Part shown: in pieces, positions 57,555-64,000 of the stretch
How positions within the stretch are numbered: position 1 is the stretch's first letter
How the letters are laid out: each line of letters begins with the position of its first letter
DNA from: Chrysomallon squamiferum
Lineage: Eukaryota; Animalia; Mollusca
Reading direction: 5' to 3'
Assembly: GCA_012295275.1 (NCBI GenBank)
Contig: CM022676.1
Span: 14,756,001 to 14,820,000 of the forward strand
DNA: 64,000 nucleotides
Notes under the pieces: generated by a model
What the model was told of the DNA's origin: nothing
Databases searched by the model: none
Seen by the model: the letters and a program-made list of their open reading frames with translations, nothing else
Position numbers and translations under genes: made by a program

Positions 57555-64000
<6,446 letters not shown>

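Overview
AT-rich, microsatellite-dense animal genomic DNA with spliceosomal introns; an invertebrate, plausibly a gastropod mollusc (inference only). There are two 200-N scaffold gaps (23683-23882, 50112-50311) and no rRNA, tRNA or CRISPR. Main content: (1) 38.7-64 kb is a segmentally duplicated locus in alternating orientations. It carries two divergently oriented BTB-BACK-PHR (BTBD1/2/3/6-like Cullin-3 adaptor) genes: an intact 456-aa copy on - (46160-44555) and a copy on + (53665-55189) with a 1-nt homopolymer frameshift. The 3' flank of a predicted third copy runs off the right edge. BTB/BACK are nearly identical between copies, while the first PHR loop is heavily remodelled. (2) 0.2-19.5 kb is a co-oriented mosaic of mostly disabled exons from unrelated gene families (Cys-rich EGF-like, TSP1, ankyrin-like, coiled-coil, MRVI1/IRAG/LRMP domain), interrupted by a rearranged Sola2-like transposon and minisatellites. 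(3) An open Ig-like domain exon on - (31735-31421). (4) A full-length but dead Tc1 element (33563-34889). Most short ORFs in the supplied track are microsatellite artefacts. All family assignments come from motif recognition by eye, not database searches.
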